A stretch of DNA of 64,000 nucleotides from Octopus vulgaris (Eukaryota), in contig OX597825.1 of NCBI GenBank assembly GCA_951406725.2, positions 43,028,001-43,092,000 of the forward strand, written 5' to 3'. Numbering within the stretch: the stretch's first letter is position 1; each line of letters begins with the position of its first letter. Below are positions 1 through 12,630 of this stretch, one piece after another. Below the pieces are notes generated by a model that was not told the DNA's origin, made no database searches, and saw only the letters and a program-made list of their open reading frames with translations. A program made the translations under genes and the position numbers.

Positions 1-421
1 TACAGGTTTTACAGTTCTAGTGATAGATATGTATATATGTATGTATGTATGTGTGTGTGTGTGTGTGTGTGTGTATTTATGCAAGCTGAAATTCTTCCAA
101 ACGGTTAACACTTTGAGGTTTTGTGATCAAAATAAAAGTAGTGTAAGAAGTCTCATTTCAACGAAAGATGAATCAAAATGTTTCTGAAAACATTTTGAAA
201 GATATTGGTTAACGCTACTTAAGCTATAACTCATAATTCAATGGACTGAATTGGTTATCAAGCATTCTTTATTATATGTTCAACCCAATCACGATATTTC
301 TTTTTATATGTGCAAACCATCTGAAAATATTTGCCAGCGCATATACACAAATGCATTCGCACACATACACTCCAAAATAAACTCATGTTCACAAGTATTC
401 ACGTGGATATAAGCATCAGAC

Positions 422-458
<37 letters not shown>

Positions 459-1034
459 TGATATTAAAGTAGGTGAAAAGGTAAATATCTATGTATATTT
501 TTACCCATATTTATGTTTGCCGCATATGTTTAAAGTGATATTAAGGTAGGGGGCATACGTACGCTTGAGCACATATATATCAAGAGAAGCATCAATTTCT
601 TAACGGTGATGTTCTTTAATAAACGAGTATTGAAACACATACACTAGCGCGCGCAAGCACATACACATACTCACAGGTACAAACACACACACTTACACAT
701 AAACACACACAAGCACGCACGCTCATTCACGCACACATACATATTCGCATGGCAGGAAACGGGAATTTTATTTAACGTAATGCTTACTGCAATGAAAAGA
801 ATGCACAAATGAAACCGTGATTAAAAGTGAGACAAATAGTTTTTAACGTTCTTTTATATTGAATGGTGGCAAAGCAAACAGTGCACATGTAGTGTGAGAA
901 AGGTGTCATCACAGCGTTATTGTAATGGTGGACTGATTCTTTCCAAAAAGTGTGGTAATGTTAACAATGATATATGAACTTTGAATAGACGGTTCGTTTG
1001 GAATCCGATGGATTAACGTCAGAAAATGTTTGTG

Positions 1035-1067
<33 letters not shown>

Positions 1068-1299
1068 TGTATGTATGTATGTATGCATGTATGTATGTAT
1101 GCTCGCACACGCGTTCGTGTGTTTGAGTGTGTGCGTGCGTTTGAGTGTGTGTGTTTGGGTGTGTGTGTGAATGTGTGTGTATGTTTGCACAGACATATAT
1201 GTATTATATTTGTATGTATATATGAGGGTATGCATGAATGTGTGCATGTATGCATGTACCGATCTCTGCAGCGTTGAATGCGACAACTTCGGGACCCCT

Positions 1300-2200
1300 A
1301 TTTCATCATTCGTTATCATTTGACCTCATTCTTATCTACCAACAACGCACCTCCTACCTTATCTTCAAAATTTGTTCCTCTTCCCTTATACTCTTAAGGC
1401 TTCCAAATTCATCTCGGCCTGTCTCACTCCTCCGTGGTACAGCATCACTGGCTGCCCGATTTCGTCTAGCTGTAACCTCCACACACAACTCATTTCCGTC
1501 TACCTAGAGACCCGATGATTACATTTCAGCCACACACAGCATTTCTTCTTCCCCCTTTTCCTTTTCCGGCATCATCAACCACTTTCTTTGCTGCTATGGA
1601 CATCTACTGTCCGTATACTGTTATCCTCATAGTTTCCTGACTTCCGTACACTTTTAACCCAGAACGTCTGCCCGTTCCGCTTTAGCCAAATTTCTTCTCA
1701 ACCTTAAATGTTTCTCTTCTGCAGGCGAGTATTAAGCTAGGCATAATAACAAGTATAGGAACCAGCTATGCCAATACACTCTGTTGCTACTTTGAGTCCT
1801 AAACCATTTCCCTGTTCTTTGTTTCCATTCTACAGCTATATGGTCCAATCATTTTTAAAAATTTCTCTTTGGTTCATAGCCACATGCAGGTAAAATGATG
1901 TTTAAATCATATTCTCTTTTGTTTACACACAGAAATTATAACTTCCACTTTATTATACTACAACTGCAGCGATTCTTGGACACTTATTCACACCTCCACT
2001 AATTAATGCCATCATTATTCCACACCTGCACTTCTCTATACATATGCATCATATTACTGCTCACTCTCACACCATTCATCCTTCTTCCAGCTTCTGTTCA
2101 CAGGCACATTCTAACACATGCTTCTACATACCCACTTTCTTCTTCCCTCTCCATTCTCATTTCCCCATAACATTCTCCTCCTACGCCACTGTTCACTCTT
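1300..2200 (+). mobile_element. Highly degenerate Penelope-like RT remnant
   Basis: Frameshifted traces in the expected order: LPKIH-like (~1380), MDIxxxYTVIxH-like motif A (~1596-1630), GxxxSYAN-like motif B' (~1740-1775) and an IPxxxLLLRHCS-like thumb motif (~2158-2195). Confidence 0.55.
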
Positions 2201-2334
2201 GTAATTTTTAAAGCTAGTTTTGTTTTGATTTTGTAATATTTTTTTTAATGCATTCACTATTTCTCTCTCTATCACTCGCTCTGTACCTGTCTCTGTAAAT
2301 TTGTCTGTCTGTCTCTCTATCTCTCTCTCTTTCT

Positions 2335-4340
2335 CTATATGCAATATCTCGAGCAATATCTCAGAAGTCTTATAGACAAAACGGAAGTTTGTTCGAAGAT
2401 TGAAATGGAAAGCCTTCTTCTTTGATACCAAACAGAAAAGCAACAGAAACAAATACGGACTTAAATCTTCCAGGAACCCACCACCTATTCCAGAATTAGA
2501 AGCCTTCGAAAAAGACATTTTCGAACTCATTAGAAAAATTAGATTCCATAAATATAGCAACCAATTATAGAGAAATATGAAAGAAAAAATTTTTTAAATT
2601 AACAATTCGAATAAGATCTTCGTTAATTCTGATAAGACAAGAAACTTATATGCGGTTGATAAGGACGTTTACAAGCGTCTAATTTCGAATAGCATCACAG
2701 ATACATACAAAAAAGATAACACAAATGTACACAAAGAGGTGAATTTGGAGGCAAGAAGAATAGCTAACAATCTTAAGATTAGCGATAGGATAGAATATCT
2801 TCCTCCCCGACCCGCTTCTATTACCCTAAAATACCATAAAACCAATTTTAATAGAAACCCTAAATGTAGATTGATTAATCCGGCAAAAAACTGAAATAGG
2901 TATTATTAGCAAATATATTTTCGATCGTATTTTAACTAAGTTAGATAATGAATTAAATTTTCGAATTTGGAAAAATAGTAAGTCAGTAATAGATTGGTTT
3001 AAAGAGATTAGCCATAAGCATAGTTACATATTTACGCAGTTTGATATTGTTGACTTTTACCCGTCAATATCTAGGCCTTTACTCCCAAAATCATTAGACT
3101 TCGCCAAGTAGTATGTCAAGATCGATAACTAGGAAATAGATATTATCATTCATGCGAGGAAATCACTTCTTTTTTACGAGGATTCTACCCGGGTTAAGAA
3201 GAGTGGGGATGTAACGATGGGGGCATACGACGAGGCTGAGTTATGTATGCTCATAAGAGCTTATTTTCCACATAAACTAAAGCTAGAATTCCCGATTATA
3301 GACGCAGGATTATATAGGGATGACGGCCTTATAGTCACCCATAATTTAAACGGCCATGTATTAGATAAGCTTAGGAAGGATCTTATTGCTTCCTTCCAAA
3401 GGATGGGATTACGGGTTACTATAGATACTAACCTGAAAAGTGTAGAGTTTTTAGATGTTAATTTGGATTTACAGTCGGTAAATTTAAACCGTACCGTAAG
3501 CCTAATGATAAGCTGTCTTATATTAGCAGAGAATCCAATCATCTGCCAATTATTCTTAGGAACTTAGTAATGTTGGTTGACGATTATGAGACAGCATTTC
3601 AAAATGCCGCACATTATTATAATAGCGCATTAAGGATTGGTGGATTCTCTGAGAAGCTCCAGTATAACCAACTTAATACTAGCAGTAATGCTACACGTAG
3701 AACTAGGACTAGGAGGGTTTTTGTGGTTTAACCCATCTTTCAATATGGCCGAAAAAACAATTATAGGTAGATAATTCTTAAAATTAATCTTTAGACAATT
3801 TCAACCTGACCATAATTTTAATAGAGTATTTAATAGAACAACGCTTCAGATCAGCTATTCTTGTTGCAAAAACTTCGCCTCTTTCATAAACCAACACAAC
3901 AATAAGGTAAAAATTTCAATTGCAAAGATGTGAGCTCCTGTCCGTTGGAAGGAAAATGTCTGGAGAAAGTACTCGTGTGTAGAGCCAAGGTGCAGATAGA
4001 AGGCTCGCACGAATGTGGAACTTATATAGGGGCTTCTGAAAATTCTTTCAAAACCGGATTTTATTCTCATAGAAATTCCTTCAGATACCCCGAAAGTAGG
4101 GCGAAGACCACCCTGGTAAAATATGTATGGGAATTAAAAGAAAACGAGGTTCCGACCTTTCAATGTGACATGGAGAATTTGAGATAGAGTTTCACCTTAT
4201 AGGCACGGTGCGCATAAAAGACCCATGAGATGTGATTTATGCCTGCTCGGAAAATATTATAATTTATTCCAGGACAATAACTCTTTAAATCAAAGACGTG
4301 AACTCTTGAATTCCTACAAACATGCAACTAAAATTTAAAA
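2335..4340 (+). pseudogene. PLE RT-GIY-YIG polyprotein pseudogene (multiple stops and frameshifts)
   Basis: ORF-track fragments 3217..3567 (YRDD) and 3930..4187 (YIG), plus manual translation of 2350-3200. Confidence 0.9.
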
Positions 4341-5671
4341 TATACAATATGGATAGTGTAGATATTTTTTGATGCTTGGACTAGTTTTTAATCACACCGT
4401 TAGATTTGTTTCACCCTGTTTTAATCACACCGTTGGATTTAATATATGATTTATTTCGTATCGCAAAGATATTGTATATATTTCGACATATTTCTTAAGA
4501 AAAATCTTCGACTGTTATATGAATATATTATTTTCTTGCTTAACATTCTACTTTTATTATATTTCATTTTATTGTACATTATAAACCCATTTTAATCGTT
4601 TAATTCATAGAAAATTCGATACAGTATGTTCTATTTTGCATGTTTTTATTCCGAATCTTAAGATTATGCACTCAGCAATTTTTTAAAAAAATGTTGTCTG
4701 TATCTATACGTCATGACCCAGATATGTTTTTAAGTGGATGTTTGTATTGTTGGCATGCATATGTATTCGTATGTATGCGTCTATGTATATGTGTAAGTAA
4801 GCGTGTATGTTTATACTTGTGCACATACATACATAGATGTATATGTATGCATGTATTCATGTGGATTTGTGTGGATGTGTATTTATGTGCATATTTCCAT
4901 ATATTTATATATATAATCTTATATGTGTATTTATGCTAATATACACTTTTGTATACACAAGTATACGTAATTTTATTATGTGTACGTTCGTTACACATAT
5001 TCAACCACCTATCTTTCTGTCTCTCTTTCTTTTTCTTTCCTTACGGAAAGTATCCTCTATCTCCCTATTCGTTTCTTGTATAGACTCCTCTCCCTTCCTC
5101 TTACCTCTTTCCCTCGTTAACTGTTATATCTAAGATACTTCCTTTTCTTTTTCTTTCTCCCTCCCTACGTTTTAAAATTTACTTCTCGTCTAGCTGGTCT
5201 GTTATAACTTCTATATGTATACAACTAGTGATTTTTGCATGCGAGCATGATTGCGTACATATGTATACAAGTATATTTACGTCTTACATATATATGTTTG
5301 TATATGTATGTTTGTATATGTACATCCGTCTGTGTATTCTGATGTATATATGTATATTGATGGTTTAGTATATATTGTAAAATATTTATGTAATGTAGCA
5401 GGAAAAGTTTAATCTTAATTTTTAATGCATCAATTGAATTATATTTCGTATATACAATATGTATTTTGAATCCGGTTTTCGATTTAAGGTTTTCCTCGAT
5501 TTTTATAATAGGATGAATTTATATTGAATTCATTTATTTTGTTTATTTTGTTTATTTTGTTCATTGCATGCTTAAGACCGTTAATTGAAAGGACCAATGA
5601 AACAAATCCATTTTTAAAGGTGTATCCTTTAATTAGTTTTGACCATATTGTTATTTCTGTTGTATTTTAAC

Positions 5672-5718
5672 AAAACTGTCCGACGAACAGGAACGTGAAA
5701 CTCTGAGTAACAGCTTTT
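5672..5718 (+). ncRNA. Minimal type I hammerhead-like motif with one core substitution
   Basis: aaaactgt-CCGACGA-ac(aggaac)gt-GAAA-ctctgag-TA-acagctttt. Core differs from CUGANGA at U4. Confidence 0.7.
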
Positions 5719-5781
5719 GTTATATTTCCGCTGCTTTTAAATAAAGTATATATATATATATATATTTATATATACACATAC

Positions 5782-5812
<31 letters not shown>

Positions 5813-5815
<3 letters not shown>

Positions 5816-6866
5816 GGGACTGTCTTGGGCCCGCTACTCTTCATAATTTACATAAACGACCTTTCCAGTGTCGTACATTACTGCAAAGTGAAAATATTTG
5901 CTGATGACACTAAGCTCCAGCAAATCGTCCATGAAGAAGCAGACCGAACTCAACTCCAGTCTGATCTCTATGCTGTGAGTCAATGGGCAGACAGAAACAA
6001 AATGCAACTGAACGAGGGAAAATTTGAGCTGATGCATTTTGGAAGAAATTCCTCACTAAAACAGGCATACACTCTCCCTTCAGGGGAACCGCTCACAGCC
6101 TCTAACAGTATCAGAGACCTGGGTGTAATTGTTGACAACGATCTCAGCTGGAGTGCACACATCAACAATAAGGTCGATATAGCTCGTAGGATGAGTTCCT
6201 GGATCTTAAGAACTTTCCGGTCCAGAGAACAAGGTGTCATTATACCACTTTTCTCCTCCTTTGTACGGCCACACCCCGAATACTGCTGCCCACTGTGGTC
6301 TCCCCATACAAGACAATACATCTCGAAGATTGAATCACCCCAGAGGGCACTCACTAAACGAATTGAAGGCATGGCTGCTCTCGATTATTGGGGCCGCCTT
6401 AAAGCCTTGAAACTCTACTCTCTGCAGCGTCGCTGTGAGCGGTACATCATTTGTACGATGTGGTGAATATACCGCCAACTTTGCCCAAACGACCTGAACA
6501 TTAGCTTCAAAGTTCATCCAAGACTGGGACCACGGGCCATACGTCCCCTGCCCAATTCAAGATCACAGCATACATGTACACGGCAACATAATTTCTTTTC
6601 CTCAACAGGCTATGCCCTATTTAACATTGTCCCGAAAGAGATGAAAGAGGAAAAGGATCCCATCAACTTTAAACGGAGTGTGGATAGATTCCTTCAAGGA
6701 ATACCAGATAAGCCACCCATACCTGGATACAACTCACCCAACAAAAACTCACTACTTGAATGGACCATAAACAAAACTTGACTTAAACAGAATTCAGATA
6801 ATCCTATCAGGTGGTGCTATTAAGTTAGATATGACCTGGACCAATCTTTAGTCGAAACATATCTAA

Positions 6867-6868
<2 letters not shown>
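5813..6868 (+). mobile_element. 5'-truncated CR1-clade LINE (RT C-terminal half + 3' UTR) inserted in (TA)n
   Basis: 217-aa ORF with GTVLGPLLFIIYINDL, FADDTKL, RDLGVIVD, VRPHPEYCCPLWSP and SLQRRCER. Terminal hairpin ttagatatg..catatctaa. (TA)n on both sides. Confidence 0.92.
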
Positions 6869-6927
<59 letters not shown>

Positions 6928-6928
6928 G

Positions 6929-7005
<77 letters not shown>

Positions 7006-7137
7006 ATATATATGTGTATGTATATGTATATGTATGTATATATATATATATATATAAATTTATAAATAAGGATAATATCGATATTATCAAGTAGCCAGAA
7101 TGGGAATAAATACCATACAAAGGTAATAATTTTTTAC

Positions 7138-7431
7138 AACTATAAATAAGGGTATCTGAGAAACACCACCATGCCGAAATAGCAGTCAAAACCCTGACTC
7201 TAAAAACCACCTTAAATGATCCTGGATTTCTAGCTATGCCCATCTGATATATTTGAAGCAAAGCTAGAAATCCAGGATCTTGAATTATCCAGTAATATCT
7301 TTTTGCTAATCTATTTTGTCCCTCTGTCTTATTTCATGGTGCGATATGAACATTTAAGGTGGTTTTTAGAGTCAGGGATTTGACTGCTATTTCGGCATGG
7401 TAGTGTCAATCAGACACCCTTATTTATAGTT
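7138..7431. repeat. Fold-back element: ~80-bp inverted arms plus inner 18-bp perfect hairpin
   Basis: 7138-7218 is the near reverse complement of 7351-7431. gatcctggatttctagct (7218-7235) pairs with agctagaaatccaggatc (7262-7279). Confidence 0.9.
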
Positions 7432-7879
7432 ATATATATATATATACAATAAATCTTGATTTTTATGACTATACCACCTATGATATCTGTCTGCTCCCTC
7501 AGCCCTACCCCTAACAGATACTGCCCTCTGCTCTCTCAGCCTTAGATACACAGAAGATTTGATAAACTAGTCTATAAATTAAAACTGACCCCATAAAAAT
7601 AAAATAATCAGTGACAGACAGAGTCTGTAACAATGTATATCTTCTTGAAAACTTAGTAACTTCTATGCTTCGTCTATCTCTTTAACATCTTGGAGATTTT
7701 AGGTATAATTATACTAATGTGTTCATCTGTTCTAATTTAATTAAACTCTATGTCTTTGTGCAGCTGAAGATCGATCTGCATTTTAAATTGATGCAATGAT
7801 TGCATTACCTCTGGATATGCTTGTTGCTTATTTTGATTATACATAAATATATATATATATATGTATATATATGCTCGAA

Positions 7880-8300
7880 ACTGGCTCCAGATAATAGCAA
7901 AGGTTCTTTCCGAATGCAATTTTGATGCATCTCCGGTGTAATCGACATGATCCTTTGTGCAAAACAACGGCAACAAAAGACCAGAGACTAGAAACAGCAC
8001 TTCCTTGTCTTTTGTAACCTGAAAAGGCTTCGCAAAGTATATCAATTGAAGACATATCATGTATCGTGTTTCTTCAAACTTTCTAAAACACTTCGACGTA
8101 GTGGTACAAATTCTGCACATTCTAACATTTTCCGATACATGTCGACCGATTTAGAATTGAGTACTTGCATCTGCGCACTTTTTATACAAATCTCTGATCT
8201 ATTTGCATTCCCTGTAGACAATCTACGAAAGTGAGACGAAAGGATCTTAGGCTGACTATCAAGGAGTGATGCTAGAGTTGTGAATTCTCGCATGCATTAA
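7880..8300 (+). mobile_element. Old RTE-type RT fragment
   Basis: IDMILCAKQRQQK..FLVFCNLK resembles the RTE IDMIF.ARQLQEK..VFVDL.KAF segment. Confidence 0.5.
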
Positions 8301-8344
8301 TTTCTATTCCTCTTATTAATAACTGCATTGTTTCTTTCCTAAGA

Positions 8345-9449
8345 AACTGACATCTGACTATTCAAAGAACACTTTAAAAAAAAAACAATAGCGACTTCTC
8401 TTCAAGATGGTCAAAATTTTGCATCGTCGTGTATCAAGTATTTGCTGGACATCCATGCTGAGATAGTTGCTATATTAAGGGATGAAGCTCCATCATATCA
8501 ACAGTGCAAAAGTGGACAGTTGAATTTAAGATGGGGGAAAGGGATACACTTGAAGATGTTCCAAGGTGTGGATGCCCTGCATCTACCTCCGCCGAAAAAA
8601 AACAATGATCACATAGTAATGGATAAATCAAATGGCCAATGCTGTTAGCGTATCTTAGAGAGTTGAAAATACTCTGCACCATGAATTTGGTATCGCAAAA
8701 GTTTCTGCTCGGTGGGTGCCATGTTTTCTGATACCTGATCAAAACCGCACCAGGCTGATCACATCACGGAAAAATCTGACATTTTTACAGGCAGATCCAG
8801 CTGGTTTCTTGAACGTTTCCTAATCCAAGATGTATGTTGGTTTCGTCACTTTAACTCGGAGGTGAAGAGACAGTCAATGTAGTGGAAACATCCCGTCTCG
8901 CTTGCTGCAAAGAAAGCCAAGGTCATTTCATATGCAGGTAAGTTGAGGGCCTCGGGTTTTTGGGATGCGAAACGCAGTAAGTTTATTGGCCCTTCGAGAC
9001 AGCCACACAAGCAATGGGAGTACTTACGAAAGGCTAAGTAAAACGCCCTGGAAATCTAATTAAGGGTGTCTTGTTTCATCAGGGCGGGTAATGCTCCAGC
9101 ACACAATTCCTTGCTTTCAATAGATGATGTGTGTGATTGTGGTTTTTAGCTGGTTGATCACCCTCCACATTCTCTTGATTTTCCCCCATCTGGCTATTAT
9201 CTGTTTTTCAACATGGAAGCACTTGACTGGAAACCAGTATCGTACTGCTGGTGCCTTTATATCTGCTGTTGAAGATTTTTTTTTAACCAACAGTGCGAAA
9301 GCTTCTTCCTCATAGAACCTAAGCACTGCAACACCGATGAAAGAAGTGTATGTATCGCAAGGGGGACTATGCTGAAAAACAAATCTTATATGGTCACATT
9401 TCATGAAGGTGTCTTGGTCAACCTACGCTCTTTTCAGTTTTTTCTCGTA
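8345..9449 (+). mobile_element. Decayed mariner transposon
   Basis: ATG at 8406, DIHAEIVAILRDEAPSY, WVP-like (~8714) and fragmented catalytic region (NAPAH, P.L..DY-like). Right end reads cttggtcaacc...ctcgTA. Confidence 0.85.
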
Positions 9450-9599
9450 TGTGTTCGTAAAAGTTACTATTTTTAACATGTAACTATTCTCAAAGTACAG
9501 CCTAAAGATTACCTTAAGCCCGGAGGCTTACACGGTCTCTGTTTCTTATAATTTTATTTTTTATATATATTCTAACTAATAAATTTATTTGTCTAATAT

Positions 9600-10900
9600 A
9601 TTCTCAGTTCCTGTCATTCTGGCTAACCGCTTCAACATATGTATAGCTGCATCTTCGTTTCCAGCATGGTGGAAATCAATATGTTATTCCAGTTTTAAAA
9701 ATCCCTGATGGACATTATGACTCTCATTACTTCCACCAATCATTCACCTCCCAATAGTTGCAATGCATTTGAGTCTTTGATGATCAATCAGTTTCTTGAC
9801 TTAAATTGTGATTCACCCCATCTGTTTTCAACAAATAATATGGTTGCTATACTTTGCGTACCCATTAAGTTTTCTAAGATAAGTGAATAGTCATATAGTG
9901 ATGTAGGTAATTGGATGAAGTAAGTTTTGCTTGAAAATAATTGCCAGAGCTTGCTATAGCGGTCTTCTCCAAAAGTTTATATGAAATCAAATCAAATCTA
10001 ATTTCAGAGATAATTCCTTAGACTTTTTAAATATTTTCTGGGAGGTCATCGCATATGGTTTTCATCATGTTTCTATTGTTGGTCTGAATTTATATTTATG
10101 ACCGTCAGGATAATATAATTTTTAAACATTGTAACTTTGATGATGGTAACAAGTATTTGTGTTCGATTAAGAGATATGATGTGTTTGATCGGGTGCAAAT
10201 GACTGGGTCTCCTAAGGTTTTTCTGCGTTCTATAACTTGTAGAGTGCTTAATGGTTGGTTATTTTCATAGTAGCAAAAGTGAAAAATTTTTAATTTGATC
10301 GTTTCCAGAGTTGTGGTGAAATATCTTTTTCTATGTCTGATGCAGGCTATTACTCTAGGAAGTTATAATTTCTGTCTTTTAGGTTAAACATTTTCTAATG
10401 CTTTTAGTAGGCATGATTATATTAAATTTATTGCTTTTTATGCTGCTACGAGAGTTAATTCTGTATATCGATGTTATTTTCAACTTACCTCCAAAAGTAT
10501 TCTGCTACTTCAAAACTTCGGACTCATCCGTTTATTGGAAAGTTATGTGTTAAGCCGGTAACTTTGCTGATGTTTTTCCTTGATCTTGTTAAAAAATGTA
10601 ACTTTCTAGCTCATGCGTTAGACTAAAATTAAAGGCTCCTGCCGTCATGTTAGCATTAACTTTTTATTTCTCTTCTATTAGTACTTGCATGATTGCTTTG
10701 TTCCAATTCTTAGTGTCATTTATCGATTAATTCGGTCTTCTACTACATCTCATTATATTAATATTGATGTCCCTCTGTTAAAAGAATAACTTCTACTTCC
10801 GTAGTTTCTTCCCTCGAAGAAATATCTGACTCGTGGAACTCTCTCCCTTATTCAGGCTTCCTTGGTATCTTCATAATCTTCATGTTTCAATATCTGGTAT
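9600..10900 (+). mobile_element. Very old CR1/L2-like RT remnant
   Basis: FPAWWKS.YVIPV and CNAFESLMINQFLD resemble the RT0-RT2 region. The rest is heavily decayed. Confidence 0.4.
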
Positions 10901-11008
10901 AGATTGTTTTATGATATTTTGAACAAACTACTTAAGGTCTGTTTATTAATATTTACTTACTAACTTTCGGGAAATAACGTTCATTAATACACACGTGCAC
11001 ACACGCGC

Positions 11009-11079
<71 letters not shown>

Positions 11080-11094
11080 GACTTACGATAAGTT

Positions 11095-11225
11095 GAAGAT
11101 TGCATGTCGTGTGTTAAGAAGCTCTCTTCACAATTGTAGTTTTAATCTGCTTCCCATGTTCAATACAAGGTGCCTTACATTCAGTCTTAATGGAACTTGG
11201 TTGACAGAAACTGACAGGAAGCTCA
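11095..11225 (+). mobile_element. Degenerate tRNA-derived SINE head (same type as 29443-29855)
   Basis: gtgtgttaagaagctctcttcacaa...ttggttgacagaaactgacaggaagctc parallels the head and core of the 29.4-kb SINE. Confidence 0.5.
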
Positions 11226-11359
11226 TCTTATATATGCACATATAAGCATATGATGGGTTTGCGATCAAAGAGTTCTGAAGAGAGCTTCTTAACAAATCCA
11301 TAAATTCTCAATTTATTGTCTGTAATTCTTTGCATGTGTTTGTTCTTTGTAGTAATGGA

Positions 11360-11362
11360 CAT

Positions 11363-11428
<66 letters not shown>

Positions 11429-11462
11429 CATACATACATATAAAATACTTGCATATACACAT

Positions 11463-11496
<34 letters not shown>

Positions 11497-11539
11497 GTGT
11501 GTATACATACATACATATAAAATTCTTGCATATACACAT

Positions 11540-11573
<34 letters not shown>

Positions 11574-11620
11574 GTGTGTGTGTATGTGTATATGCAAGTA
11601 TTTTATATGTATGTATGTAT

Positions 11621-11717
<97 letters not shown>

Positions 11718-11746
11718 TATACATATACATATACACATATACATAT

Positions 11747-11797
<51 letters not shown>
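11360..11797. repeat. Compound CA/TA microsatellite with duplicated and inverted anchor
   Basis: Anchor catacatataaaat(a/t)cttgcatatac occurs twice in direct orientation (~11432, ~11510) and once inverted (~11588). Confidence 0.85.
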
Positions 11798-11802
<5 letters not shown>

Positions 11803-12630
11803 GATTCAACGGGCAAACTGTCGCCATTTTATATTTTTAATTTCGCACATGCGCATTGTTTGTTTTTGATTTTGTTGACTACAGAGTATAGTAGGATCAA
11901 TTTGGCACCATCGGTGAGAAAAACAGCACCATGACGCAATTCACTCTGCAAGAAATTGGAAACGACATGCTGTACTGTTGGCATTCGCACCGGATGCTCC
12001 AATACGAACATTTCAGAATGTTTGGGCGTCAATATGAGAAGAGTGCAATCTGAGGACATGTAGTGTAAGTGATAAAAACCAAACATCCAGTCAACATTTT
12101 AGTGTTTGGAGTAATCACTAGTGATGGTGACGTTATTCCTCCAGTCATCTTCCCACATAGCCCCAGACTGAACACGGAGGCCTACATCAAATGCTTCGCG
12201 GAGGTAGTGCTCCCCTGGGCCAAGAGGTTAGCTGCTGGAAGATCCTATGTCTGGCAACAGGACTCTGCACCATGCCTCACAAGCAGGAGAAACCAGACAT
12301 ATTTCTACGACTATATCTGTTCACTTAAATCCCCAGACTGCACCCCACTTCATTATAATGTGTGGGGTGCAGTTGAGCGAGAGACCAACAAAACTTCTGA
12401 TAACACCAAAGATGACCTGAAGGCAAGGATTCATCAACGTAAAGGAGACTATCCAGAAGAGCTGTAGGAGATTCCGAAGTCGTCTGGGGGTCGTGGTTGA
12501 AGCCAAAGGCGATTTTATTTTTAAAAATTTACTCTTTAGTATTTCAAGATATTTTTATGTTATTTGGATAAATATATCTGTTAAAATGAGATATCAAGGT
12601 TATTTTCATTTTTACGTAATTTAGACGCAT
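11798..12630 (+). mobile_element. Internally deleted Tc1/mariner-superfamily element (maT/DD37D-like)
   Basis: Begins TA-CAGG. ORF 12069..12467 has VFGVITSDG, WQQDSAP and SPDCTPLHYNVWG. Confidence 0.85.

Larger units (their letters stand above)
2335..5746 (+). mobile_element. Near full-length decayed Penelope-like element (RT + C-terminal GIY-YIG endonuclease), probably Hydra-clade type, with long 3' UTR/pLTR
   Basis: Broken ORF carries RRLKWKAFFF, SDKTRNLY, ITLKYHKTNF..CRLINPAK, FDIVDFYPSI, MGAYDEAELC, GLYRDDGL and FLDVNLDL, then CPLEGKCL..YIGASENSFK..HRNSF. An HHR-like motif lies at 5672, followed by AATAAA and (TA)n at 5747. Confidence 0.9.

Noticed and set aside
2335-4340. Selenocysteine recoding as in Naiad PLEs
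   Set aside because: The stops I read are mainly TAG/TAA with frameshifts and the endonuclease is C-terminal, consistent with ordinary decay.
6825-6868. GAAA-cata-TC at the CR1 3' end
   Set aside because: No CUGANGA upstream. Better explained as the LINE terminal stem-loop.
7170-7280. Resemblance of gctagaaat / gaaatagca to a Cas9 guide scaffold
   Set aside because: Only a short match in eukaryotic repeat DNA, with no CRISPR array or cas gene.
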